Source: Camelus ferus (Eukaryota). Taken from it: 64,000 bases of DNA. The position numbers and the translations under genes were made by a program. This document shows, one piece after another, positions 51,839 through 64,000 of this stretch. How positions within the stretch are numbered: the first letter of the stretch is position 1; each line of letters opens with the position of its first letter. Under the pieces are notes generated by a model. It saw nothing but the letters and a program-made list of their open reading frames with translations, ran no database searches and was not told the origin of the DNA. The stretch spans positions 51,772,001-51,836,000 of the forward strand of contig NC_045707.1 of NCBI RefSeq assembly GCF_009834535.1, given 5' to 3'.

Positions 51839-52520
51839 AAATACTGCTTTGTTTTATTAAAGTTTCATAACTAACTTGTAATTCATGAGCTTTTACATAA
51901 ACACTATTGAGGGTTATCCTACTTTTTGGATTCAGAATAGGTCACTGATTGTGTAATCTACTATTTAGGTTTCTTCTATCACCCACCAAAATGAGTATTT
52001 TCAAATTTATAGTATTACCCATTAAAGAGTTAATACATTGTAAAATGCAAATAGTCCTGGGAGATGAAGCCTCTGTGTAGCTTTTATGTGAATGTGAGAC
52101 AAAATCTACTTGTATGGATGGCTTTGATGAGCACGTGATAATACTGAAATTGACAGGATGCGAAGATAGCACAGAGGAGAAATGGTCACCAAAGGGAAAT
52201 GATTGAGATGTGGAGAAGCTCAGGACCTAGAAGACAAGCCACTGTCTACAATTTTTTGAGGCCACTATGTCTACTTACATTTGGTAGGACTTTTCACATC
52301 TTACTAGGTGGTCTGTCTTTAGCTGTCTCTATTTTTTATATCTTGCTTAACCCTAAAGTAAAACTCAAGTCTACGGCTTCATTCATTTTGTGGCTCCTGA
52401 GTAGGACTTTTTACTAATCAATGTTCCTGATTATTTCATAGGAAGTTGATATGGCTACTTGTTCGTGTTCTGTCCTCGCCAAATCGAATCAGGCCCTTGC
52501 TAACGTTTAAAACTATTTAA

Positions 52521-52593
52521 TGTGCTGTACACCAGAAATTGACACAACACTGTAAACTGACTATACTTCAATAAAAATAAAACAACAAGAAAA
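52521..52593 (+). mobile_element. Extremely 5'-truncated L1 (73 bp including tail)
   Basis: TGCTGTACACCAGAAATTGACACAACACTGTAAACTGACTATACTTCAATAAAA; perfect 12-bp TSD AAAACTATTTAA (52509-52520 / 52594-52605) at a TT|AAAA site. Confidence 0.93.
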
Positions 52594-52699
52594 AAAACTA
52601 TTTAAACCACAGAACTACACTGTAGTCTCAGAAACTCTGAATTCTGGATTGCTCATACCTTACTACAACAGTTTCTAAATTATATAGTACAGAGAAATC

Positions 52700-55330
52700 A
52701 CTGCAGATTCATAAAATGAACAGCGTATTCCACATCTAGTTCAAGATAAAATGCTTTGCCAGGAGCACAGATTTTCCTCTTATGTGCCTTGTCCAGGCAC
52801 AACTCCCTCAAAGATAGCCACTGTCCTGATTTATAATACTCTGAATTACTTAATATAAAAATACATAAATATAGCTTAAACTCTTTTCTGTCTGTCTTCC
52901 TACATTCGATATCGTATTTGGGAAATTCAGCCATATTGTTGACTGCTAAATTGTAAATTGATCTTTCCTGTTTTACGTGTACTTCACGCAATTTATTGCT
53001 TCTGTAGTTGGGTGGACATTAGCTATTTAGATAGTTTGTATATGGCACCCATTACAGTGTTATTCTGAAAATTCATGCCTTTGGGTGAACATGTGTATGA
53101 TTTTCTATTACACATACACTGAGAAATATAATTGCTGGGTCACAGTGTATGTTTATATTTAGCTTTAGTTGACTCTATTACAGAATTTTCCCAGTGGTTT
53201 TGCCAATATTATGCTCCTACTTTATGAGAATTACAACTTCTCTGCATCCTCACCAACACTTTTTTTTTTTCCTTCATTTATAATCATTCTGTTGAGTGTA
53301 TACTGGTATCTCACATTTATTGACCTATCAGAAGTCCACTTTTGTGGAATATCCTGTTCTAGTCTTTTGAATATATTATATTAAGTTTTTTGTCTATTTG
53401 TTTATAGAAAATACTCATGAACACTAGTCACTTTTAGAATCATGTAGTGATATATTATCTTTTTATATATATTGCCACATTTAATTTATATTTTCTAAGG
53501 AGTCTCTATATCTATAGGGGAGATGGTTTTGAAATCAAAAGAAAACAGAAAAATTCTCATAAAAAGAGAAAATATTTCTTAAACTATAAGAGTGTTTTAA
53601 AACCACAAGATGAGTGTATTTCTCCCCTACATGTTTCAACTAATTCACTGATGAAGATATTTTAGTTTGGAGATTTCTCTGTGGGAAGAATTTTAAATAA
53701 TGGTTTTAATTTCTTTAATAAGTATACAACTAGTAAGATTTTCTATTGATTTTGTAACTTATATTTTTCTGGGGACTTGTCTATTTCATCAAAATTGTTA
53801 AGTATATTGGCATAAAATTGTTTTTAATATCCTCTTATCTTATTGATATCTGTAGGACCTGTAGGGGGATATTCCTGTAAAGGAGAAATAAAAATATGAT
53901 GGTTTGCATATTTTCTTATTTTGCTTTGCTCAATCTTGCTAGGGGTATTTGATTTTTCATTTTCTCAAATAAAAAATATATTTCTTATTTATTTTTGTTC
54001 TTTTATTATTAATTTTATGCCTACATGAATATTAGATTTTAATTTCTATCCAAAGTAGAAGCTTTAAATCACTGACATTTAACCTTTCTCATTTCCTAAC
54101 AGTACACGTAACTAGTCTCCAAATTTTTTTCTAAGCATATCTTTAGCTGCTTCCCATGTTATAGTACATGTATTTTAATTTTCTTTAACTTCGAATTTAC
54201 CTAAGATTTTCTAATTTTCAGTTTTAGTTCTTTGATAAATTTAGAAGCCCTTTGTTAAATTTCAAATGGGGATTCTCTACCTATCTTGTTATTGTATTCC
54301 AGCTTAATTCAGTTTTGTCATAAATCATACTATGAATAATTTAAATAATTTGAAAATTTTGGAAGCTATATTTATTGCCTATAATATAGCTTTTGGTAAA
54401 TGTTCAATATATAATTAAAATAATATCAATTATGTCTAATATGCAAAGTTTTATGCATCTCAATAATGTATGTTGAATTATTTTTTATATATAAATTATT
54501 AACATTGTTAATTATAATCTATACTCTTACTGAGGTTTTTTTTCCCCTGATACTCTAACTGCTGTTGTGATAAGTATATTAAAGACTCCTAGTCTAATAG
54601 TTCATTTTAAAATTTCTCATTTTAGTTTTGTCAATTGCTGCTTTATGCAGTTGAAAGTTAAGTTATCGAGCGTATACATACTAAGGACTACAGTGCATTT
54701 CTTTTGGATTTCTTCCTTTGCATTGTGATGTATTCCTTTTCTGTACTAAATTCTTTCTCAAAGTCTTTTAATCTCTTCACATCTATTCATTTCTTAAAAA
54801 TGCACTCCTTTTCACGTTTTGCTTTTTCAAGAAGTACCTATTGTGTTTATTAAATTTCTTTCTAGTTTTGTCTCCACTTAAAATTTTTTTTTTTACTTTT
54901 TTTTATCTTATTCACTTCTGAGTTTTATCACAGTATTTGCTATTTCTCTTAATTATAATGCAATGTTTTTATTTCATACAGTTTACCATTTTCTACTTTT
55001 AGGTGATTTTGAAATATTTGTTTATACTTTTCATGTTTTATGCATGGATTTTTCAGTAATTTTTTAAAAAGCATTTCCTGTAAGGATATTATTTAGCTTC
55101 TTAGGGTCTTTTGTCTTTTAGAGACTTCAAGTGAAATGTGACTGATACTTTCCTGCTTATTTTTATATGAACTTAGTTTGTATGAATTGTTAGAAGGATG
55201 AAATGGTTAAAAATAGTTTTCCTGTCTATAAATTTAGAAAGACATGGCTTCATAGTCTGAGATCATCTGACTTCTTTTCCCCTATCTCTAGCAATTTTTT
55301 TTCTTTCTTTCATTTCTATTCAGCCCAAAT
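52700..55330 (-). mobile_element. Patchwork of very old L1M fragments (3' end ~52700-53470; ORF2 5' part and inter-ORF ~53640-55330)
   Basis: GGTGGACATTAGCTATTT, AATTGCTGGGTCACAG, TTTCCCAGTGGTTT, CATCCTCACCAACACTT; later TGTCTATTTCATCAAAATTG, TTTAGCTGCTTCCCA, TTTTGGTAAATGTTC. Confidence 0.6.
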
Positions 55331-55424
55331 TTGAAATCAGTGTCTTTTAGTTTTTTCCAGTATGAGACTTTGACCTTGAAGATAGCTTCAGGGGCTATTT
55401 CGCTTTATTCCTGTCATGGACAGA

Positions 55425-55982
55425 GAGGACATGTAGCCTGCCATAATCCCCATCTCATGGTATTCACACTTTTGTGTAATCCCTTCCCTATGCATGTGGG
55501 CAGGAACTATGACTTTTTCCTAATCAATAGACTATAGAAAAAAATGAGATGCCATTCCTTGTGATTACGTTACATTATTTAGAACTCCATCTTACTAGCA
55601 GACTTGCCCTAGACACTCTCTTCTATCTGGCTTTGAAGAACCAAGAAGCTGTTCCTAGAGGTACACCTTGCAATAAAGTTAGGGTATCCTCCAGGAGACA
55701 GCCAGTAAGAAGCCAAGGTACTCACGTGTTAAACCTGCAAATAAATGGATTTTGTCAACAACTTTAGCAAGCTTAGAAGTGATTCTTCCCCAGTAGAGGC
55801 TTCAGATGAGTATGTACACTGACCAACATCTTGATAGCAGCCTTCTGAGGCCTTTAAGTAGAGGACCCACCTTAATTACATCCCCTAGACTTCTGACACA
55901 CAGAAACTGTAAGATAATAAATTTATGCTACTTTAAGCTAATAAGATCATTGTAATTTGTTATGTGGCGGGAGATAAAGACA
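55425..55982 (+). mobile_element. MaLR LTR (MLT1E/F-like)
   Basis: CATCTCATGGTATTCACACTTTTGTGTAATCCCTTCCC...GATTCTTCCCCAGTAGAGGCTTCAGATGAG...CACAGAAACTGTAAGATAATAAAT...TAATTTGTTATG. Confidence 0.85.
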
Positions 55983-56379
55983 AGCTCCTTCACACCCACC
56001 TTGCTTCAGAACCCTTTCAATTACCCGTGGATGTGCAAAGCTCTTCCAGCTTCAGCTACTATTCTTCAATAACTGGCCTTCTGCACTCTTGAGTACCTTT
56101 GACTATATTTATATTCTCAGCTTTGGCAGACACACACTTTTCTTCTCTCTGCTGATATAAAGTATGCCTTAAAGCAATAGATGATTCCTCTCCAACTGTG
56201 GTATTTTGGGGTTCATGGGATAATTTTCAGTTAGTTTTTACTTTTGATGTTGTCCATAAATTTTCGGGGGGGGGGTCATGTTTTCCTTTTTACACTGTCT
56301 GTTCTACAAAGGGAATCAAAGAGATTAAAAAACTGTCACTTTGTCAACTTCCAAGAATTTCTTTAATGCACACTGTTAA

Positions 56380-57785
56380 AATTTACTGGATCTTGCCAAA
56401 TTGCTCTCCAGACTGGTATACTCTCTAGATCTATGGAAAACAGGTTAATTACTCACCATTCTTGGCAGCAGCAGGAATTGTCAGCTTTTAATTTTGTTTT
56501 AATTTCTTAAATGTAAGATAGTATCTATCTAACTGTGTTTAGATTTTCATTTATTTTCCTACTATATTTAGAATCTTTTAAAAATTTATGAACTTATCTT
56601 TCTTTTGGGCCATTTGCCTCTATTGATCTTAGTGATTATTCTATACATTTTGGAGATTAATGTTCCATTATTGTACTCACTGTAAATATCCTCGCTCAGT
56701 CTTCAGCTTCTATTTTGATGTTTAGTAATACATTTTATACAGAAATTGATTCACAGGCATAGATAACAAGCTTATGGTTACCAAAGGGGGAAGAGGGGGG
56801 AAGGATAAATTAGGCATTTGGGATTAACATATATGAACTACTATAAATAAAATAGATCAACAACAAGGACCTACTGTATAGCACAGGGAACTATATTCAA
56901 TATCTCATAATAACCTTTAATGGAAAATAATCTGATATGTATAACTGAATCATTTTGCTGTACACCTGAAACCAACACACCATGTAAATTAACTATACTT
57001 CCAAAAAATGTCTATAATACATTTTATGCAGAAAAATTATTATGATAGTATTACTAAATTTATTCACTTATCTCTTTCTAGATATGTCCTATTTCCACCT
57101 TGTTTAAGATTCCTTTCCTTGTCTGGACTTAAATTCTTCCAAGGATTTTAAAGTTTCACTTTTCAAATTCAGATTATTAAATCAAAGTGGGATTGATACA
57201 GGTCCATAGTATGGGGCAGATCTTTCTTTTTTTTTTTTTTTTATTCCTTTGTAATGTCACTTCATTCATACATCAAGTTTCCACAATTGTTTGATTCAGT
57301 TTCTGAGAAAATAGTTTTCTTTCAATATGAATAATATTGAGAAGATCTGATATTTTATATAAACGTAAGTTTCTTTATTTCTTTCCTACCCTTATATATT
57401 TGAATTATCTTGCTTGTCTTAAATTACTGAATTGGACATATTATATAATGTTGAATAGATGTAGTGATAGTGACAAAAATGTTTCATTCCTGAGTTAAAG
57501 GAGGATGATTTAAATATTTCAAAATCAAGTTTCAGTTAAACTGTATCACACCATATCAATTACATTATAAAAGATGTTCTCAACTATTCCTAGTTGGCCA
57601 AATGTTTTTTTCTTTAATCAAAAATAATCTTTTCTGCAGTTTTTCAAGTAATTATTTGATTGTATTTTTCAATTTATAATTTAGTAAATTCTTCTGATGG
57701 CTTTTGAAAATGGAGTTTAGTTATTCAAACTTGGATTAATCTTAATCCAAGGTTTAATATGTAATATCACACATATTGGTATTGG
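56380..57785 (-). mobile_element. Very old L1M fragment hosting a younger L1 3' end
   Basis: TGCCAAATTGCTCTCCA...TTTGCCTCTATTGAT...ATAATGTTGAATAGATGTAGTGATAGTG...TATTCCTAGTTGG. Confidence 0.6.
56746..57007 (+). mobile_element. 5'-truncated lineage-specific L1 3'UTR
   Basis: ACAAGCTTATGGTTACCAAAGGGGG...CAACAAGGACCTACTGTATAGCACAGGGAACTATATTCAATATCT...TGCTGTACACCTGAAAC; flanked by a ~27-bp imperfect direct repeat. Confidence 0.92.
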
Positions 57786-57807
57786 AGGCCTCATTTAAAA
57801 AAAAAAA

Positions 57808-58245
57808 AAGCAGCTTTAGGTTCACAGCACAGTTGAGAGGCAGTTACAGTGAGCTCTCGTGATACTCCCTAGCCCAACACATGCACAGCTTCCCTCACTA
57901 TCAGCATTCCCCACCAGAGTGCCACATTTGTCACAACCAATGAATCTACACTGACACATCATTATCGCCCAAAGTCCATAGTGTACATTAGGGTTTACTC
58001 TTGATGTTGTGCACTCTGTGGGCTTGGACAGATCTATGGGCCATGTAGCCACCACTGTAGTACCATACAGAACACATGCACTGCTCTAAAAGCCTCTGTG
58101 CTTTTGCCAATTCATCTCTGCTCCTTCCCTCCTCCATCCCCCACCCCCTGCAATCACTGATGTTTTTCGTGTCTGCACAGCTTTGTTTTAGTGTCTCCAC
58201 AGCTTTGTTTTTTCATAACATCGAAGTTGGAATCATACAGTAGAT
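57808..58245 (-). mobile_element. L1MC/MB-type 3'UTR fragment
   Basis: GCAGCTTTAGGTTCACAGCA...CCCCACCAGAGTGCCACATTTGTCACAACCAATGAATCTACACTGACACATCATTATCGCCCAAAGTCCATAGT. Confidence 0.85.
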
Positions 58246-58299
58246 GACAAATTTTTACTTAAAAAAAATCTGTTTATTGTTTATATATGTGAACTAGAA

Positions 58300-58835
58300 T
58301 GTTAACGATACCTCACATTTGTTCCTCCCCTACTTGTTCCTTCCCCTTTGCTATTCTTCCACTACCTTCTCATCCCAGTGTCCTGGATATTGAGGAGAGA
58401 ACTTTTAATATTGCTTGAAAAGTAGTAGATGTTTCGTGTTGGTTTAAAAATAGTTTTACCACATATACGTTTGCTTAAATATGATATTGCTTTTTTTGAT
58501 CTTTGTAAAAAAGGTCTACTTTATGTAAACTTCTGATATTTGCTTATTTAATTTAAAATACTGTTGTGAAATCTCTACCAATTACCTTTTGGAGGAGTAT
58601 TTGCTTTTTTCTTTTCTATTAGAAACAGTGCTATTATGAACACTATTATGCTTACCTCAGTTACAGATGTGCAAGAATTTCTCCTGTAATAGTCTTAATA
58701 ATTGATTTGCTGATTTGTAGGCTATGTGAATGTTTAGCTTTCCAAGATAATGCCAAATTGCTTCTTAAAGAGGATATTTTAATTCACATTCTAACATCTG
58801 GCATCGTCAAACTTCATTTTTACTAATAAAAATGT
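58300..58835 (-). mobile_element. Very old L1ME fragment
   Basis: AAACAGTGCTATTATGAACA...GTGCAAGAATTTCTC...AGATAATGCCAAATTGCTT. Confidence 0.55.
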
Positions 58836-60769
58836 ATGCAATTAAAAAATTTTTAAAACAATGTTTAAAATGATTGTTTTCTATGGACTTCATTTGAGAC
58901 ATCCAAAATAATTACAAGAGTAATTAATCAGTTAATTTCCTTCTCTCATCATGACATAAATATAGACACACATATATATATCATGAGACCAGTCTCATGC
59001 GTGATCACTTTAGTATTTTTTATGTTAAAATTCACTCCCTTGAGCTAAGTTTGAAATTTCACATTGATTATTACATGAGTCCAGTGGGCAACACAGAATA
59101 AGTGATGTCACTAAAAATTTTTAGTCATGTCAGTTGCCATCCTTACTACATTTTCCAGTTTTGTTTTTTTTTTTTCTGTCTAGGAGCAGTAACTAGGGAC
59201 CAAATTGATTATAATATTTTAATAATTTGTCTAAGGCAACATAGTGTGTGGCAGAAAGATTTGTTGTAATGAATGGCTAACATTGTTTGGAATTTGCCAG
59301 TGAAATCCTTCTAAACCAGGACCTTTTAAATAGTCCCAAAGAGTAAATTTCTCAGTAAGAATTTGTTTTTCACTGTTCAAAAACTGTCTATTTGTTTTCT
59401 GTCATTTGCCAAAATGGTACTTTGTTTTGGACTTTGAGGACTGGAAGGCTATTTAGTTTAAATGTTCAGTAATGGCCAATCTTAAGAAATCACTTATTAA
59501 GTAGAAATTCGTATTGTCTTATACGATGTAAAGTTAGGAAAACTTATGGAAAATGTTTTATTAAAATTTCAAAATAATATATAAACACATTAACAATTTC
59601 AAATAATCCCGCAGGGAAAAAAATGGATAACATATTTTATGACTATTTTTTCTAGGTATTTTTTTCTTCACAGAGTGATTTGGAATTTGATTTTTGTTTC
59701 ATATAAATCTGCATTAGTATATTGGTTTCAGAGTTTGAGGTTTTTTTTTTATCCTTTCCTCTCTGCTTTTCCAGTAATAGATCAATAGTTTCTTAGAGGA
59801 ATTGTGAAACTTATTTTATAAAATGCACATCAATTTGCTCCCCAGTTTAATTTTGTCTTATAGCCTTAGGCTAACTTAATATGAAAGGAGAAAACTTGAT
59901 TATTTAATATTGAGGGTCTGTTATAATAGGTAGTAATTATGGGATAGTCAAGTCTTATTTACCTATCATTTACTTCAGAAATCACATTTTTCTAAAAATG
60001 CAATAATTTCATAGAACATTAAAGTGGAAATAAATTATAAAGTTGATTTAATATAGATAATTTTATAAATAACATGTTTTCATCCAAAATGCAACTGCTT
60101 CAAGGTTTTAAAACATTGGTCAATGCTCCTATTTTGTCTTTATTTCTTAGGATTCTTTCTTTTTTACATTGAAAATAAAAGAACCAATATGATGCTGAGT
60201 TGAGATGTTTCATATTTGAATTCTGATTTAATATTGAGTCCTTCTGTTCATGAACAAAATTGTACTTTTTGTTTACTTTTGTCATATTTATGGATATATT
60301 AATTTTGTAAGACATTTATAGGATTTATGAAAAAGAACAGATCCACATGATTAAATATTTATTGGAAATACTGGAAAAAATCATTGTTGTTCAATGTAGT
60401 TCTTTATTGTCACATATTTCAAAATTTTGATTTAACTGATATACATATTGACCTTCCAAAAGTATGCATTATTATTTAAGATGACAATGATCTGAAACTT
60501 GAGGTTTTTTTTGTTTTAATCTCATCTACTTTGTATTATTCTCTACTGGATATATATTTCCAATTTTCCTATGTGGATTTCACCGTCTCCTATCCTTAGG
60601 TTGGTTTATAAATTTTTGTATTATCTTAAAATGATAGGCTGTGTATATTGTTAAAGATGCATAATGTTAGTTACATGTTTATTCTGAGAACAAAGATATT
60701 TATGAAAAGGAATATTAAAAATAGATGAAGTAGTCCTTTTTTGATTACATATTTGTCAGTTTAATATTT

Positions 60770-62490
60770 GTTTTTAAAATAAACTTTAAATTTTAGAACA
60801 GTTTTAGATATACAGGAAATGTTCAATGATAGTATAGAGAATTATTAACATATGTGTATGGTATATTTGTTAGAATTAATGAACTAGTATTAATACATTA
60901 TTACTAACTAAAGTCCATACTTAGTTTTTTTTTTTTTTTTTTTTATAGTTTTGAGCTAATGTCCTTTATCTGTTACAGGGTCTCATTTAGTATATCCACA
61001 TTTATTAGTCATGTCCTCTTAGGCATCTTTTGGCTCTGACTTTCTTTGTTTTTGATGACCTTGCAAGTTTTGAGGAGTAATGGTCAGGTATTTTTTAGAA
61101 CGTCCCCCATTTAGACAAGATCAGGGTGGTGGGTGGTCTTGCTGCCACTGAGGCTGCTTTGTTTTTAGTTCCTCTCAGCTGACCCAGCGAGGAAATGTAT
61201 GTGTGTATACTAACTAGTATATATACACAGATCTATAAATATTTCTATATGTAACCATGTAATAAGGAAGAACAAGTCTGACTTCATACTAGATCTGTTC
61301 CTTTAGCTCTAACCCTCTGCTTTGTTTCCTGTGCTTTGTCATACTGGTTCTATACCTTTTGTAAAAGAATGCTGCTTATAGCCTGAAATATACAGGGTAG
61401 CTCATTCTCAAGGTTCTGAACTTTAAGGGTATAACACTGTTCCATTCATATAAACATAAAAAGTTGCAGAACAGAGAATAACATTTGTCTTATTTACAAG
61501 AACATCATGACCTGACCTATGTGAACAGCTGTAAGAACAAAGGATTTGCACACGAAGATGTTTATAACAAATAATTACATCCCTTCCCCATTTAGTATAA
61601 AAGGTATCTGAATTCTAACTTGGGTAAGATGATTCTCCAGGACATTAGCCTGCCATCTTCTCATTCTGCTGGCTTTCTGAATAAACTCATTATTCCTTGC
61701 CCCAACACCTTATCTCTGATTTATTGGCCTGTCATGCAGCAAGCAGAATGAGTTTGGACTCAGTAACAACTATTTGTATCTGTATTAAGCTAAACACAAT
61801 TTAATTGTGAGGTCTCCAACTTAACTCCACTACCACATGAATCATTCTAGCCTCTTGCTTATCTAAAAATCCACACTCTATGAGACATCTTACTTCCACC
61901 ATCCACCATCCATTTACTTAATTGTTTAAATCTGATATACATGGATAGCAGAATCAGAACTGTTAACCCCATACACCATGGGAAACAAACATAACTACAA
62001 TGATTATGTGAAGTTTTTCTTATTGGTGGTGGCTGTTTTGTTTGTTTGTTTTTATCTTTAGCTTTATAGATTCCACCCATTTCATCAATACCTAGAGCAG
62101 TACATATGTCCCCTACCTACTTCAGTGAAGTTATTTCATACATTTATAACACAGTTAGATTGATGAGTCACATTCTTCATTCTACCCTGAAATCCTCCAA
62201 TGTCAAAAATGATTTTTTAAATTTGTATACATTAAGGTTCATGTTTTATGTTGTAAAGTTCTATGTGTATAGACAAATGCATATACAGCCATGTAACCAC
62301 TATTATAATATCATAAAGGGTAGTATCACTACCCCCCAAAAATCTCCTGAACCTCACTTATTAAAACTTTCCTTCCTTGCCCCAAATCCTTGACAACCAC
62401 TGACCTTTCATCATCTATATGCTTTTACTTTTTCCACAATTTTTTATTCTAGTTGGAATCATGTATTATGTGGCACTCTTAGTCCTGCTT
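60770..62490 (-). mobile_element. L1MC-type 3'UTR, interrupted by an LTR
   Basis: TTTTAGAACAGTTTTAGAT...ATACATTATTACTAACTAAAGTCCATAC...TTTTGATGACCTTGCAAGTTTTGAGGAGTA...TCAGAACTGTTAACC...CCTTGACAACCACTGA. Confidence 0.8.
61258..61768 (+). mobile_element. ERV1 (MER4-group-like) solo LTR
   Basis: TGT...ACA termini, TSD ACCA/ACTA (one mismatch), TATAAAA ~61597, AATAAA ~61680. Confidence 0.88.
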
Positions 62491-64000
62491 ATCTGTAATA
62501 TGACCTGATTTTGAAGTGTTAAATAGAAGACGTGAAATTTTTCCTTTTGATTTGGTCTGTTATTTTAAACAGGCATTTCTAATTTTTCTATTCATCTAAG
62601 ATCTATTTTATTATGTACTTTTCCCTTGTTCATAAATTTTGAGGATGCTTTAAATACATGAATGAGGAAGTGAAATAGTGGTATAGCTTACTTGTAACGT
62701 AAGATATTTGAAAAGATAGTGAGCATAAACTGATGAGAATAAAGTGTTGGAATGGTGTGAAATGGACTGGTACGAAATAAAATTGGCATAGGGAGGAGTG
62801 AGAGCCACCCTGAGTCCCAGAAAGGAAGTGAAGCATGATGGAAGTTGATGGAAGGTAATGGAGAAAAGAAGGGCATTAGCCTAACATTACCAAGGTGATT
62901 ACCACACTCTGGTGCAAAATCATTCAGTGGAAACTCTTTTCCCCATCTATTTCAATTTTCCATGCAATTGGTCATCTGACAGCTATAGTATAGCTTCCCA
63001 AGTTCCGTACTAAAGAGGGTTTTCTGAATGATTTCAAACGCATATTAGTAAGGGTCAAGGAACAAGAAATTAACATTGCTTTGCTATTAATTTGTAAGAA
63101 TGATGGTCAAGCATACACAATCTCTACTTAAAACAAATTTAAGGCTGTTTCTTTACTTGTATGGGGGCCTATGTCCAGAATTGGGATTATATCTGGAGTC
63201 CTCTATCTAAATAGTTTTCAATAAAGTCCTCAATTCTCAGTGAAAACTAATTACTTACAAGGTAGCCTCAATTTTGTAAAAACCCATGAAATTGTGGAAG
63301 CTGCTTCTAAGTAAGGACAACTGATAGACTGTTTTTGTAGAAGGACTGGATTTACCTTTCACATAATATCTTTGATGAAGTGTGAAGTTATACAAAGAGC
63401 TTTGTACACTAAGGCCATAGACAATAACTGTGCCTCATTACCCCTAGAATGGGCCACATACAATGAATAATTACTTAGGCTATGAATACTGTCATCCACT
63501 ATTTGGTACATTGTTAGATCAAATGAGACTTTAAAAGGATGCTTTCAGACTAATATTGATAAAACTCCAATTCTTATATTCTATAGGATTTTTGGCAGGA
63601 CCACAGGTATATACACTTTAAATAGTCTATCTCAGTCTATCTTATTTGGAAATGTCTCTTTACGTGGAAATAATCTTCAAGAGGGAGGATAGGAAGGGCC
63701 TAAATATAAATTAATTTTAAAAAAGTCTCCAAAGTGAGTGTTCAATTTTAGTCACAGAGGCGATAAAAGGTTTTTGAATTATTAAAGTTTTCCCCCTTTC
63801 CTAGTCTTCTGAAAACTGCATGGACTACAGCAGACAATGTCAACTTCTAATAGTGGAGAATCTTGATGTGTTTGGTTAGTAACTCTGCTGCCTTGAGCCT
63901 GACTGTAGGATTATTTACTACCTAACTTAAGCATATTGGAATGGAGAGATATGCATAAAAATATTAAATTGCATATAACAATGTTAACAGCTGTTGAAGA

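Noticed and set aside
57730..57751. Perfect hairpin CTTGGATTAA-TC-TTAATCCAAG (also CATGAGAC-CA-GTCTCATG at 58982-58999)
   Set aside because: Arms of 8-10 bp are expected by chance in 64 kb of AT-rich DNA; no TSD or MITE context.
62950..63400. Possible CR1/L3 or other ancient LINE remnant
   Set aside because: Only vague resemblance; I could not recover a convincing motif by eye.
1..64000. ORF-track entries as host genes or novel small proteins
   Set aside because: All are 130 aa or shorter. The recognisable ones are broken L1 ORF1/ORF2 pieces; the Phe/Leu/Ile-rich ones are antisense L1 or AT-rich noise; I see no consistent exon chain.
1..64000. CRISPR array, retron or other prokaryotic or novel RT-based system
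   Set aside because: No regularly spaced repeat-spacer array and no operon-like ORFs; all RT motifs (FADD) belong to decayed mammalian L1.

Overview
AT-rich mammalian non-coding DNA (intergenic or deep intronic). It is most likely from a camelid, judged from one tRNA-derived SINE resembling vic-1 plus Laurasiatherian-type L1 3' ends. I can support no host protein-coding exon, RNA gene, CRISPR array or prokaryotic system; the recognisable ORF-track peptides are decayed LINE-1 fragments and the rest look like chance ORFs. About half the window is transposable-element debris: three large L1 copies that keep their 5'UTRs, many older L1M/L2/MIR fragments, about ten MaLR (MLT1) LTRs, seven ERV1-type solo LTRs with 4-bp TSDs, a MER21-like LTR, an ancient ERV-L LTR+gag relic, a possible Gypsy relic and two DNA transposons (MER58, MER44). 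I found no convincing new biological system. The best leads are retrotransposition oddities: an L1 whose ORF2 has an in-frame ~2.1 kb deletion removing the RT, a polyadenylated LTR-transcript retrocopy nested in an L1, and an L1 with a 5'UTR/inverted-RT/sense-3' structure and unmatched flanks. Family names come from recalled consensus sequences, not a database search, and boundaries of old repeats are approximate.
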